Source of the DNA: Reyranella sp.
GTDB lineage: Bacteria; Pseudomonadota; Alphaproteobacteria; Reyranellales; Reyranellaceae
DNA: 64,000 nucleotides
Reading direction: 5' to 3'
Assembly (NCBI RefSeq): GCF_965249915.1
Contig: NZ_OZ252257.1
Span: forward strand, 4,850,276-4,914,275
Part shown: in pieces, positions 29,235 through 37,844 of the stretch
Layout of the letters: each line of letters opens with the position of its first letter
Numbering within the stretch: position 1 is the stretch's first letter
Position numbers and translations under genes: made by a program
Notes under the pieces: model-generated
Seen by the model: the letters and a program-made list of their open reading frames with translations, nothing else
Database searches by the model: none
What the model was told of the DNA's origin: nothing

Positions 29235-29337
29235 GAGCGGCCCGAAGGGTCGCGTCTCGAAGGGTGGGCACGCGCACCCCGTCTGTTGCCCATCCTTCGA
29301 GACGCCGTGCTTTGCGCGGCTCCTCAGCATGAGGTGG
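29235..29337. repeat. REP1 copy, remainder (right of the IS110 insertion)
   Basis: gagcgg...gcgtctcgaagggtgggcacgcgcacc...gcccatccttcgagacg...ctcctcagcatgaggtgg. Confidence 0.75.
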
Positions 29338-29352
29338 ATTTACAGAGAGACG

Positions 29353-29670
29353 CTACGCCGCGTCGGCGGTGATCGTGTCGGCGTCGTTGTCGACCACGAC
29401 GGCGGTCTCGAAATAGCGGATGTCGGGCGGGGCGCCGTAGCGCTCGGCGATATAGGCCTGCCATTGCGGCGTATAGACCGCCTCGGCGTCGGCGCGGCTC
29501 TTCCAGAGATAGACACCGCCGCCGATCCGCTTCTCCGCGTCGAACAGATAGTATTTCCGGACCAGCCCCTTCATGCCGCGATATTTCGGCGCCGAACCCT
29601 TGAACAGTTCGGCGGCCTTCTTCGCATCGATGTCGGCCGGCAGCTTGAAATTCACGATGGCGGTGATCAT
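29353..29670 (-). CDS. YdhR-like putative monooxygenase (dimeric alpha/beta-barrel family)
   Basis: 105-aa ORF from ATG 29670, preceded by ggagga. MITAIVNFKLP...GGGVYLWKSRADAE resembles YdhR. Confidence 0.6.
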   Translation of the reverse strand: MITAIVNFKLPADIDAKKAAELFKGSAPKYRGMKGLVRKYYLFDAEKRIGGGVYLWKSRADAEAVYTPQWQAYIAERYGAPPDIRYFETAVVVDNDADTITADAA

Positions 29671-29681
29671 GCGATCCTCCT

Positions 29682-31079
29682 TCAAACGGGGGCGGCGCGC
29701 TCCTCGCGCACCTTCCAGAGCAGGATGAAGCCTACCACCAGGAAGAACAGAACGCAGGCCATGCCGATGCGGGTGGACTGCGTCGCCGCCGTGACGGTCG
29801 CGATGGCGAACGGCGCCATCCACGCCGTGGCCCGGCCCGAGAGGGCGAACAGGCCGTAGAATTCCCCCGTCATGCCCGGCGGCGCGATGCGGCCCACCAT
29901 CGTGCGGCTGGCCGCCTGCATCGGCCCCATGCAGAAGCCGAGAATGAGCGCGAAGCCCATCAGCACCTTTTCCTGCAGCGAGCCGAACAGGCCACGGGTC
30001 GGGCTGATCGGGTCGGCCGGCACGACGTAGAAGACGTGCGTGGCCGTGACGCCGACGATGCCCAGGGTCGCCACGATCACCCCGGCGATGGCGATCTGCA
30101 CCGTCCGCTTGCTGCCGATCCAGTCGTCCAGCCGGCCGCCGAGGAACGCACCGGGAATCGCGAAGACCGTCAGGACGATGCCGAAGATGCCGAGCGTCAC
30201 CGTGCTCCAGCCGAAGGTCGCGGCGGCATAGACACCGCCGAAGGCGATGATGGCCGCGAGCCCGTCATTGTAGAGCATGAAGGCGATGAGATAGCGCAGC
30301 GCGTTGCCGTAGCGCGGCAGACGCTTCAGCGTCGAGAGCAGCGAGCGGCCGCCTTCCCGCGCGGCGACGAGCAGGGGCTGGCGCCGCGCACCGGCGGAAT
30401 CCGGCGTGAACAGGAACATCGGCAGCACGAAGATCATGATCCAAAGCGCCGACGCGGGCCCGACCAGGCGCTCCAGCTCGTGGCTGGCGGGATCGAGGCC
30501 GAACAGCGGCCGGTCGTTCGAGGCCGCCAGGCCGAACAGGGCCGGCATCGACACGGCAAGCACGACGATCAGCGAGACCAGGCCGCCGCAATAGCCCAGC
30601 CCCCAGCCGTAGCCGCTCAGCCGGCCCATGCGCTCGGGCCGTACGATGTTCGGGAGCTGGGCATTGTTGAACACGATCGACATCTCAGCACCGACCGTGG
30701 CCAGGATGACCGCCCAGCTGATCGGCAGGATGAGGTCGGGCCGGTTGGGATAGGCGAACCACAGGCCGGCGCATCCAACGACCAGCAGGAGCTGGAACGC
30801 GAGGATGAAGGGCTTGCGACGGCCGCCGGCATCGGCCATGGCGCCGAGGAACGGGCTCATCAGCGCGATCAGCACGCCCGAAGCCGATTGCGTGAACCCC
30901 CACGCCGCTTGCCCCTGCACCGGATCGCCGACCAGCACGTTGGCGAAGTAGGGCGCGAAGATGAAGGTGGTGATGATGGTGAAGAAGGGCTGGTTGGCCC
31001 AGTCGAACAGCGCCCAGCTGAACTGGCCGAGAGTCGAGGCTTCACGGACGGGCGGCGGGGCCGCGTGAGAATCTGTCAT
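29682..31079 (-). CDS. MFS transporter (UMF1/Atg22-like)
   Basis: 465-aa polytopic ORF with about 12 TM helices. N-terminal ...WALFDWANQPFFTIITTFIFAPYF is typical of the UMF1 family. Confidence 0.85.
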   Translation of the reverse strand: MTDSHAAPPPVREASTLGQFSWALFDWANQPFFTIITTFIFAPYFANVLVGDPVQGQAAWGFTQSASGVLIALMSPFLGAMADAGGRRKPFILAFQLLLVVGCAGLWFAYPNRPDLILPISWAVILATVGAEMSIVFNNAQLPNIVRPERMGRLSGYGWGLGYCGGLVSLIVVLAVSMPALFGLAASNDRPLFGLDPASHELERLVGPASALWIMIFVLPMFLFTPDSAGARRQPLLVAAREGGRSLLSTLKRLPRYGNALRYLIAFMLYNDGLAAIIAFGGVYAAATFGWSTVTLGIFGIVLTVFAIPGAFLGGRLDDWIGSKRTVQIAIAGVIVATLGIVGVTATHVFYVVPADPISPTRGLFGSLQEKVLMGFALILGFCMGPMQAASRTMVGRIAPPGMTGEFYGLFALSGRATAWMAPFAIATVTAATQSTRIGMACVLFFLVVGFILLWKVREERAAPV

Positions 31080-31128
31080 GCCGGGTCACTATGCCCGAGA
31101 GCAGCCACTCTTCATAAGCCCCCTGAGC

Positions 31129-31228
31129 AAGGGGCCCTCGCGGCGCTCGGGATGACACCGTTTGCTGCATCGGCGCACTGCGTCCATCTCGACAAGATTG
31201 TCATCCCGAGCGCCGCGAGGGACCCTTA
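31129..31228. repeat. REP2 family palindromic element
   Basis: 29-nt arms aaggggccctcgcggcgctcgggatgaca / tgtcatcccgagcgccgcgagggaccctt. It fills the nudB-MFS gap and touches the nudB stop codon. Confidence 0.75.
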
Positions 31229-31663
31229 CGCTTTCACCCGCCGCTGCAGCTGCCAGATCGCATCCCGGTTGGTCGGCGAGAACACCTTCTTCATGGCCTC
31301 CTGCCAAGGCAGCCAAAGCTGGGCGACGTGCTCGGTGGGATCGAGCGTGGCCACGGTCCGTTCGGGCACCTGGAAGCCGAACACATGCTCGACATTGTGG
31401 GTGACGTCCGGCGCGTAGCGGGCACGCCACTGGGCCCAGATCTCGTAGCGGTTGGTCTGGCGCCAGTCGGTGAGCGTCCCGACGGCCAATCCGGTCTCTT
31501 CGAGCAGTTCGCGACGGGCCGTCGCCTCGAGGTCCGGATCGTCCAGTTCGCGTGACCCGGTCACGGACTGCCAGAGCCCGGTCCCCGTGCGCTCCAGCAC
31601 CAGCACGTCCAGCCGGGGCGTATGAACCACCACCAGCACCGATTCGGGGATCTTGAAGCCCAT
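31226..31663 (-). CDS. nudB: dihydroneopterin triphosphate diphosphatase (NUDIX)
   Basis: 145-aa ORF with a Nudix box ([11 protein letters not shown]) and NudB-specific stretches ([20 protein letters not shown]). Confidence 0.85.
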   Translation of the reverse strand: MGFKIPESVLVVVHTPRLDVLVLERTGTGLWQSVTGSRELDDPDLEATARRELLEETGLAVGTLTDWRQTNRYEIWAQWRARYAPDVTHNVEHVFGFQVPERTVATLDPTEHVAQLWLPWQEAMKKVFSPTNRDAIWQLQRRVKA

Positions 31664-31740
31664 GCCGCAGCATAGCCCGGAACATTGACTCCGGGCCTCC
31701 CGCCGCTATGGTCCGGCGGCATTTTTCGAGGGATTTTTCG

Positions 31741-32580
<840 letters not shown>

Positions 32581-32591
32581 TCACTCAGGTT

Positions 32592-32622
32592 CTTCCCCTT
32601 TGCGGAGTCCGCAAAGGGGAAG
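32592..32622 (+). terminator. long hairpin immediately after dapD (terminator-like)
   Basis: cttcccctttgcgga / tccgcaaaggggaag, a near-perfect 15-bp stem. It is the first of four consecutive hairpins in 32581-32709. Confidence 0.5.
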
Positions 32623-32709
32623 TGCCCTCGTCTTACGAGGGCGATGGAGTCATGGCCCTCCGTCGTCGTAGGACGACGACACCTCCCCATTCGAATGGGA
32701 AGGCTCAAT

Positions 32710-33174
32710 TCATATGTGCCGCTTCCACTCCGGCTGGGTCCTGAGGTGCGCGCCTTCCTTGGCGAGGATCTTCGACGTGCGCTCGGGCGCGAAGCCCAGT
32801 TCGACGAAGGCGGGCCCGACATTGGCCACCTCGCGATAGTCGAGGATCAGCCCGTCGCGCAGCTGCATCATCGAGCATCCTTCGAAGCCGACGCGCTTGC
32901 CCTCGGCGCCGGGCAGCTTCGAGACGTAGCTGAACGTGTAGTAGGCGTAGAGCATCCTGCCGTCGCTGACCGGCCGGTGCATGTCCCAGCGGAACTCGTG
33001 CGCGGTGCGATGGAACCAGTCGTCGATCATCTCGGCGATGCGCTCGCGGCCCTTGAAATCGCCGTAGAACACGTCGTGATAGACGGCGTCCTCGGTGAAC
33101 AGACTGGCGAACGCCTTGCCGTCGCGGCGCTCCACCGCCGAGCAGAAGGCCTTCAGCAGCTCCTGTGTGCTCAT
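32710..33174 (-). CDS. SnoaL-like / NTF2 family protein
   Basis: ATG 33174 preceded by ggagga. MSTQELLKAFCSAVERRDGKAFASLFTEDAVYHD... is a typical SnoaL-like N-terminus. Confidence 0.75.
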   Translation of the reverse strand: MSTQELLKAFCSAVERRDGKAFASLFTEDAVYHDVFYGDFKGRERIAEMIDDWFHRTAHEFRWDMHRPVSDGRMLYAYYTFSYVSKLPGAEGKRVGFEGCSMMQLRDGLILDYREVANVGPAFVELGFAPERTSKILAKEGAHLRTQPEWKRHI

Positions 33175-33206
33175 GCATTCCTCCAATTGGATTGGTTGGG
33201 CAGACA

Positions 33207-33761
33207 CTAGCCCATCTTGTCGAGGAATGCCGGAGGGACGGCATCTGCCAGCCACACGCGGCCATCGACCTTATAGAAACGATGACCTTGCGCTTGGGCA
33301 TCCCGCGCCCGGACGCCCAGCAGGACAGGCGTCGAACTCTTGCGCAAGCCGACCTCGCGAGCGCCTGTCAGGTCGACGGAAAGATGAACATGCGTCCGCT
33401 CCATCGGGCGCAGCCCTTCCTTCACGATGGCTTCCGCCGCCTCGGGTGAGGTTCCGTGGTAGAGCATGGCCGGCGGTTCGATCGCCGGCCGGTCGATGGC
33501 CGCCTCGACCGAATGCCCGTAGGCCGCACGAATGCGCCCCTCGAAGATCTCGTGACGCTTCTTCTCGAAAGCGCTTCCGATCGCCTCCAGGTCGGCCGTC
33601 GTCACGTCGCGCCATCGCGCGTCCGAAGCGCGAACCGCCGCAATGAACGCGTCGAGGGCCACCCAGCCGTCGGCGTCCAGTTTCAGCCCGTAGGCAGCCG
33701 GTTCATGTCGCAGCGCGTGCGACACCAGCTTGCTCAGGTCGCGAAGGTCCTTCTTTTCCAT
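33207..33761 (-). CDS. kptA: RNA 2'-phosphotransferase (Tpt1/KptA family)
   Basis: 184-aa ORF with LSKLVSHALRHEP...GL.LD..GW and HGTS...I...GL motifs of Tpt1/KptA. Confidence 0.85.
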   Translation of the reverse strand: MEKKDLRDLSKLVSHALRHEPAAYGLKLDADGWVALDAFIAAVRASDARWRDVTTADLEAIGSAFEKKRHEIFEGRIRAAYGHSVEAAIDRPAIEPPAMLYHGTSPEAAEAIVKEGLRPMERTHVHLSVDLTGAREVGLRKSSTPVLLGVRARDAQAQGHRFYKVDGRVWLADAVPPAFLDKMG

Positions 33762-33836
33762 GGAAATCCATAATGCGAGGCCTGGCCCGCACCGTCATGG
33801 TGTACTGTAACGCCGCGCTCTAACGGAGACTGTCGA

Positions 33837-34391
33837 ATGAGCACATGGATCTTCCTCGGCATCGTCGTCGCCATCGGCCTGTGGCTGATCGCCGTCTATA
33901 ACGGCCTCGTCGGCGGCCGCAACCAGGCGCAGACCGCGTGGAGCCAGATCGACGTGCAGCTGAAGCGCCGGCACGATCTCATTCCCAACCTGGTGCAGGT
34001 GGTGAAGGACGCGATGGGCTACGAGCAGGAGACGCTCACCAAGGTGATCCAGGCGCGCAACAACGCGGTGGCGGCGAGCGGCAATGCCGCACAATCGGGG
34101 CCGGCCGAGGCGGCGCTCAGCCAGGCGACGCACGGTCTGTTCGCCCTGATGGAGAACTATCCGACCCTCAAGGCCAACGACAATGTCATGCAGCTCCAGG
34201 AGGAGCTGACGGCCACCGAGAACAAGATCGCCTTCGCACGCCAGTTCTACAACGACTCGGTGAACACCTATAACACCCGCCGCCAGAGCTTCCCGGCGGT
34301 TCTGGCCGCGGCGTCGCTGGGCTTCGGCCCGATGGACCTGTTCAACATGCCGGAGTCCGAGCACGACGTGCCGAAGGTCGCGCTGCGCTGA
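33837..34391 (+). CDS. LemA family protein
   Basis: 184-aa ORF with an N-terminal TM helix and the LemA signature (YNGLV...W.QIDVQLKRRHDLIPNLV...YPTLKAN). Confidence 0.9.
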   Translation: MSTWIFLGIVVAIGLWLIAVYNGLVGGRNQAQTAWSQIDVQLKRRHDLIPNLVQVVKDAMGYEQETLTKVIQARNNAVAASGNAAQSGPAEAALSQATHGLFALMENYPTLKANDNVMQLQEELTATENKIAFARQFYNDSVNTYNTRRQSFPAVLAAASLGFGPMDLFNMPESEHDVPKVALR

Positions 34392-34404
34392 GAGGGCACG
34401 GCGC

Positions 34405-35352
34405 ATGAGCGCCACCACCGACTTCGTCGCCGCCCAGCACCAGAACCGCCGCAACACGATTGTGCTGCTGGCGGTTCTCACCCTGTTGGCCGGCGGGATC
34501 GGCTATCTGGTTGGCGCGCTGCTGGAGACCGAGTCCTCGGGTTCGCTGCCGCCGGTGAGCCAGATGGGCATCGCGGCCGCCGGCCTGATGGCGGCCGTCA
34601 GCATCGGCTGGAGCGCGATCTCGCTGGCGGTGGGCGACAAGATGGTGCTGTCGATGGCCGGCGCCAAGGTGATCGAAAAGCAGGACGCGCCGCAGCTCTA
34701 CAACGTGGTCGAGGAGATCTCGATCGCCGCGGGCGTGCCGATGCCCCGCGTCATGGTGCTGGAGACCGACGCGCTGAACGCCTTCGCTACCGGCAACAAG
34801 GTCGGCAGCGGCACGATCGCGGTCACGCGCGGGCTGCTGAATTCGCTGAACCGCGACGAGCTGCAGGGCGTGGTGGCGCACGAGATGGCGCACCTCCGCA
34901 ACCTCGACACGCGTTACATGGTCGTGGTCGGCGTGACCGTAGGCCTGATCGCGCTGGTCTGCGACATGGCGCTGCGCACGATGAATTTGGGCCGGATGCG
35001 CAGCGACGACCGCAAGGGCAGCTCGGGTGGCGGTATCCTGATCGTCGTGCTGCTGGTCGTCGCGATCCTGGCACCGCTCGCGGCCAAGGCGGTGCAGATG
35101 GCGGTATCCCGGCAGCGCGAGTATCTCGCCGACGCGACCTCCGTACAGTTCACGCGCAATCCCAATGGCCTCATCTCCGCGCTGGGCAAGCTCGCGGAGA
35201 AGGCCGCCCCCTTTCCCGGAGTGAGCCGTGCCACGCAGCATCTCTTCATCGTCAATCCGATCAACCAGTTCACCTCGAAGACGCCGGCGCTTCTCGCCAC
35301 CCATCCCGATATCGCGGATCGCATCGCTCGCCTGCGCAATCTGGGCGCTTAG
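34405..35352 (+). CDS. M48 family metallopeptidase (HtpX-like)
   Basis: 315-aa ORF with TM helices and the HEMAHLRNLD zinc motif. It directly follows the lemA-like gene. Confidence 0.88.
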   Translation: MSATTDFVAAQHQNRRNTIVLLAVLTLLAGGIGYLVGALLETESSGSLPPVSQMGIAAAGLMAAVSIGWSAISLAVGDKMVLSMAGAKVIEKQDAPQLYNVVEEISIAAGVPMPRVMVLETDALNAFATGNKVGSGTIAVTRGLLNSLNRDELQGVVAHEMAHLRNLDTRYMVVVGVTVGLIALVCDMALRTMNLGRMRSDDRKGSSGGGILIVVLLVVAILAPLAAKAVQMAVSRQREYLADATSVQFTRNPNGLISALGKLAEKAAPFPGVSRATQHLFIVNPINQFTSKTPALLATHPDIADRIARLRNLGA

Positions 35353-36262
35353 CACCGGGCTCGCGGCGGCCTTCGACCTGCAGGGCCATCGCGGCGCGCG
35401 CGGGCTGGCGCCGGAGAACACGCTGGCCGCTTTCAAGCTGGCGCAGGACCTGGGCGTCACGACCCTCGAGACCGACCTCGCGGTGACGCGCGACGGGATC
35501 GTCGTCATCAGCCACGACCCTTATCTCAATCCCGACCTGACGCGCGGGCCGGACGGGCAGTGGCTCACGGCTGCGGGACCGGCCATCCGCACGCTGACCC
35601 TGGATGAACTGAAGCGCTACGACATCGGCCGCGTGAACCCGGCCAGCAAGTACGCCCAGCAGTTCCCGGAACAGAAGCCGGTCGATGGCCAGCGCTTCCC
35701 GACTTTGCCCGAATTCTTCGCGCAGGCGGCCCCCGGGGTGCGCTTCAACATCGAGATCAAGACCGATCCGGGCAAACCCGACCTCACCCTCGACCCCGCC
35801 GCCTTTGCCGCGGTTGCCGTCGACGGCATTCGCAAGGCCAAGGCGGAGGCGCGCAGCACGCTGCAGTCGTTCGACTGGCGCGGCCTGATCGCGGCCCGCA
35901 AGCTGGCGCCCGAGATCTCCACCGGCTGCCTCAGCATCGAGAGCAACAACTTCGACACGGTGCAGCGCGGCAGCGGACGGCCTTCCCCCTGGCTGGGCGG
36001 ACTCGACCTCACGGCCCAGGGCGGCTCCGTGCCCCGGCTCGCCCAGGCGGCCGGCTGCGCGACCTGGTCGCCGTTCTGGCGGAACGTCACGGCGGAGAAC
36101 GTCAAAGAGGCCCACGGGCTCGGCCTCAAGGTCGTCCCCTGGACGGTGAATGCCCCGGCCGAGATGGGGCGGCTGATCGACCTTGGCGTGGACGGGCTGA
36201 TCACCGACTACCCCGACCGCGGGGTGCAGATTCTCAGTGCCAAAGGCCTGAAAGCTCGCTAG
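35228..36262 (+). CDS. glycerophosphodiester phosphodiesterase (GDPD family), secreted
   Basis: The GDPD core starts at ...FDLQGHRGARGLAPENTLAAF. The only canonical in-frame start upstream of the signal peptide is GTG 35228, giving a 125-nt overlap with the M48 gene. Start uncertain. Confidence 0.8.
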   Translation: MPRSISSSSIRSTSSPRRRRRFSPPIPISRIASLACAIWALSTGLAAAFDLQGHRGARGLAPENTLAAFKLAQDLGVTTLETDLAVTRDGIVVISHDPYLNPDLTRGPDGQWLTAAGPAIRTLTLDELKRYDIGRVNPASKYAQQFPEQKPVDGQRFPTLPEFFAQAAPGVRFNIEIKTDPGKPDLTLDPAAFAAVAVDGIRKAKAEARSTLQSFDWRGLIAARKLAPEISTGCLSIESNNFDTVQRGSGRPSPWLGGLDLTAQGGSVPRLAQAAGCATWSPFWRNVTAENVKEAHGLGLKVVPWTVNAPAEMGRLIDLGVDGLITDYPDRGVQILSAKGLKAR

Positions 36263-36288
36263 GCGGTTGACTCGGGCAGCCTCTGTGT

Positions 36289-36300
36289 TCTGTATACAGA
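36289..36300. promoter_or_regulatory. GntR-type operator candidate
   Basis: Perfect 12-bp palindrome tctgtatacaga (GT-N-AC core) ending 1 nt before the GntR start codon. TTGACT lies at 36267-36272. Confidence 0.5.
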
Positions 36301-36301
36301 C

Positions 36302-36973
36302 ATGCGCCCCATCCTTCCCGAGCCCGATCTTTCCGAGCGGATCCACGATTCGGTCCTCGAAGCGATCTGCTCCGGCGAGCTGAAATCCGGCGCCCGCATC
36401 ACCCAGGAGGAGATCGCCCAGCAGTTCGGCGTGTCGCGCCAGCCGGTCCTGCAGGCCATGATGCTGCTGCGCCGCGAGGGTTTCCTGGTCGATGCCGGCC
36501 GCAAGGGTGTGTGCGTGGCGCCACTCGACGTCCAGCAGGCGCGCAATCTCTACGTCGTCCGCGCCGCCCTCGACGGTGCCGCGGCCCGGCTCGCCGCCTC
36601 GAACTACACGCCCCATCTCGTGCAGCGCGGCCGTGCCCTGCTCGACGTCGGCCGGCGTGCCGTGGCGAGCGGTTACGTGCCGTCGGTCATCGAGGCCGAC
36701 ATCGATTTCCATCTCTTCGTCTACGAGGCCTCCGGCAATCCCGTGATCGGCGAGACCGCCCAGCCGCACTGGCAGCATCTGCGCCGGGTGATGGCCGCGG
36801 CCTTGAGCGAGGAGGATCTGCGGATCAGCGTGTGGGACGAACACGAGGCCATCCTGCGCGCGCTCGAAGCGGGCCAGGCGGTCGAGGCCGAAGCGCTCTG
36901 CCGCGGCCATGCCGAACAGATGGCCGGCATTCTGACGGGACGATTGAAAGCTGTGATTTCCCGCGCCGCCTGA
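36302..36973 (+). CDS. GntR family transcriptional regulator (FadR/FCD subfamily)
   Basis: 223-aa ORF with an N-terminal wHTH (...GARITQEEIAQQFGVSRQPVLQAMMLLRREGF) and an FCD-like C-terminal domain. Confidence 0.9.
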   Translation: MRPILPEPDLSERIHDSVLEAICSGELKSGARITQEEIAQQFGVSRQPVLQAMMLLRREGFLVDAGRKGVCVAPLDVQQARNLYVVRAALDGAAARLAASNYTPHLVQRGRALLDVGRRAVASGYVPSVIEADIDFHLFVYEASGNPVIGETAQPHWQHLRRVMAAALSEEDLRISVWDEHEAILRALEAGQAVEAEALCRGHAEQMAGILTGRLKAVISRAA

Positions 36974-37021
36974 AGACGGCGTTCACGACAAGCAAGACGA
37001 CACGGCAAAGGAGGAACCGCC

Positions 37022-37822
37022 ATGAAGCTCACTTCTGAGCAGCTGAAGCAATTCGACGAAGAGGGCTATCTCTTCTTCCCCGATTATTTCTCGCCGGAAG
37101 AGACCCAGATCCTGAAGAACTCGGTGCCCGAGGTCTTCGCCCAGCGCCGGCCTGAGAACGTGCGCGAGAAGAGCGGCGACGTCGTGCGCACCGCCTTCGC
37201 GGTCCACACCTATCATCCGGTGTTCGAGGCGCTGGTCCACCATCCGCGCTTCGTCGAGCCGGCCGAGCAGCTCCTGAAGGACAAGACCTACATCCATCAG
37301 TTCAAGATCAACGGAAAGGCCGCCTTCGACGGCGACGTCTGGCAGTGGCACCAGGATTACGGCACCTGGAAAGCCGACGACGCCATGCCCGAGCCGCGCG
37401 CCATGAACCTCGCGGTGTTCATCGACGAGGTGAATGAATTCAACGGCCCGCTCTGGTTCATTCCCAGGAGCCACAAGAAGGGCGCGATCGAGGCCAGCCA
37501 CGACCTCACCACGACTTCCTATCCGCTGTGGGTGATCGACAACGACACCATCGCCAAGCTGGTCGGCCAGGGCGGCATCGTCGCGCCCAAGGGCGGCCCG
37601 GGCTCGGCGATCTTCTTCCACGGCACGCTGGTCCACGGCAGCGGCCCCAACATGTCGCCGTGGGATCGCCAGATCATCTATGTGACCTACAACGCGGTCA
37701 GCAACGCGATCCGCCAGTTCAAGCGGCCGGACTATATCGCGCACCGCGACTTCACGCCGGTCGATCCCTGGGAAGACGATGCGGTGATCCGCGCCGTCAA
37801 CCGCAAGGCCGCGGCGGAATAA
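37022..37822 (+). CDS. phytanoyl-CoA dioxygenase (PhyH) family Fe(II)/2OG oxygenase, ectoine-hydroxylase-like
   Basis: 266-aa ORF. WHQDYGTWKADDAMP resembles the EctD signature, and a distal His (FFHGTLVHGSGPN) is present. Confidence 0.8.
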   Translation: MKLTSEQLKQFDEEGYLFFPDYFSPEETQILKNSVPEVFAQRRPENVREKSGDVVRTAFAVHTYHPVFEALVHHPRFVEPAEQLLKDKTYIHQFKINGKAAFDGDVWQWHQDYGTWKADDAMPEPRAMNLAVFIDEVNEFNGPLWFIPRSHKKGAIEASHDLTTTSYPLWVIDNDTIAKLVGQGGIVAPKGGPGSAIFFHGTLVHGSGPNMSPWDRQIIYVTYNAVSNAIRQFKRPDYIAHRDFTPVDPWEDDAVIRAVNRKAAAE

Positions 37823-37844
37823 TCAAGACACTCCGGAGGAAACC

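Noticed and set aside
28126-29277. Full 383-aa version of the IS110 transposase ORF
   Set aside because: The first 76 codons run through the non-coding IS end into REP1 DNA. The conserved IS110 N-terminus begins at MFVGIDVAK (ATG 29049).
27454-29859. 801-aa ORF on the plus strand spanning several loci
   Set aside because: It runs out of frame through the VOC gene, antisense through the IS110 transposase, across REP DNA and antisense into the ydhR-like gene. It cannot be a single real gene.
35270-36910. 546-aa minus-strand ORF
   Set aside because: It is antisense to the GDPD and GntR genes. It has no motifs and a shadow-ORF composition.
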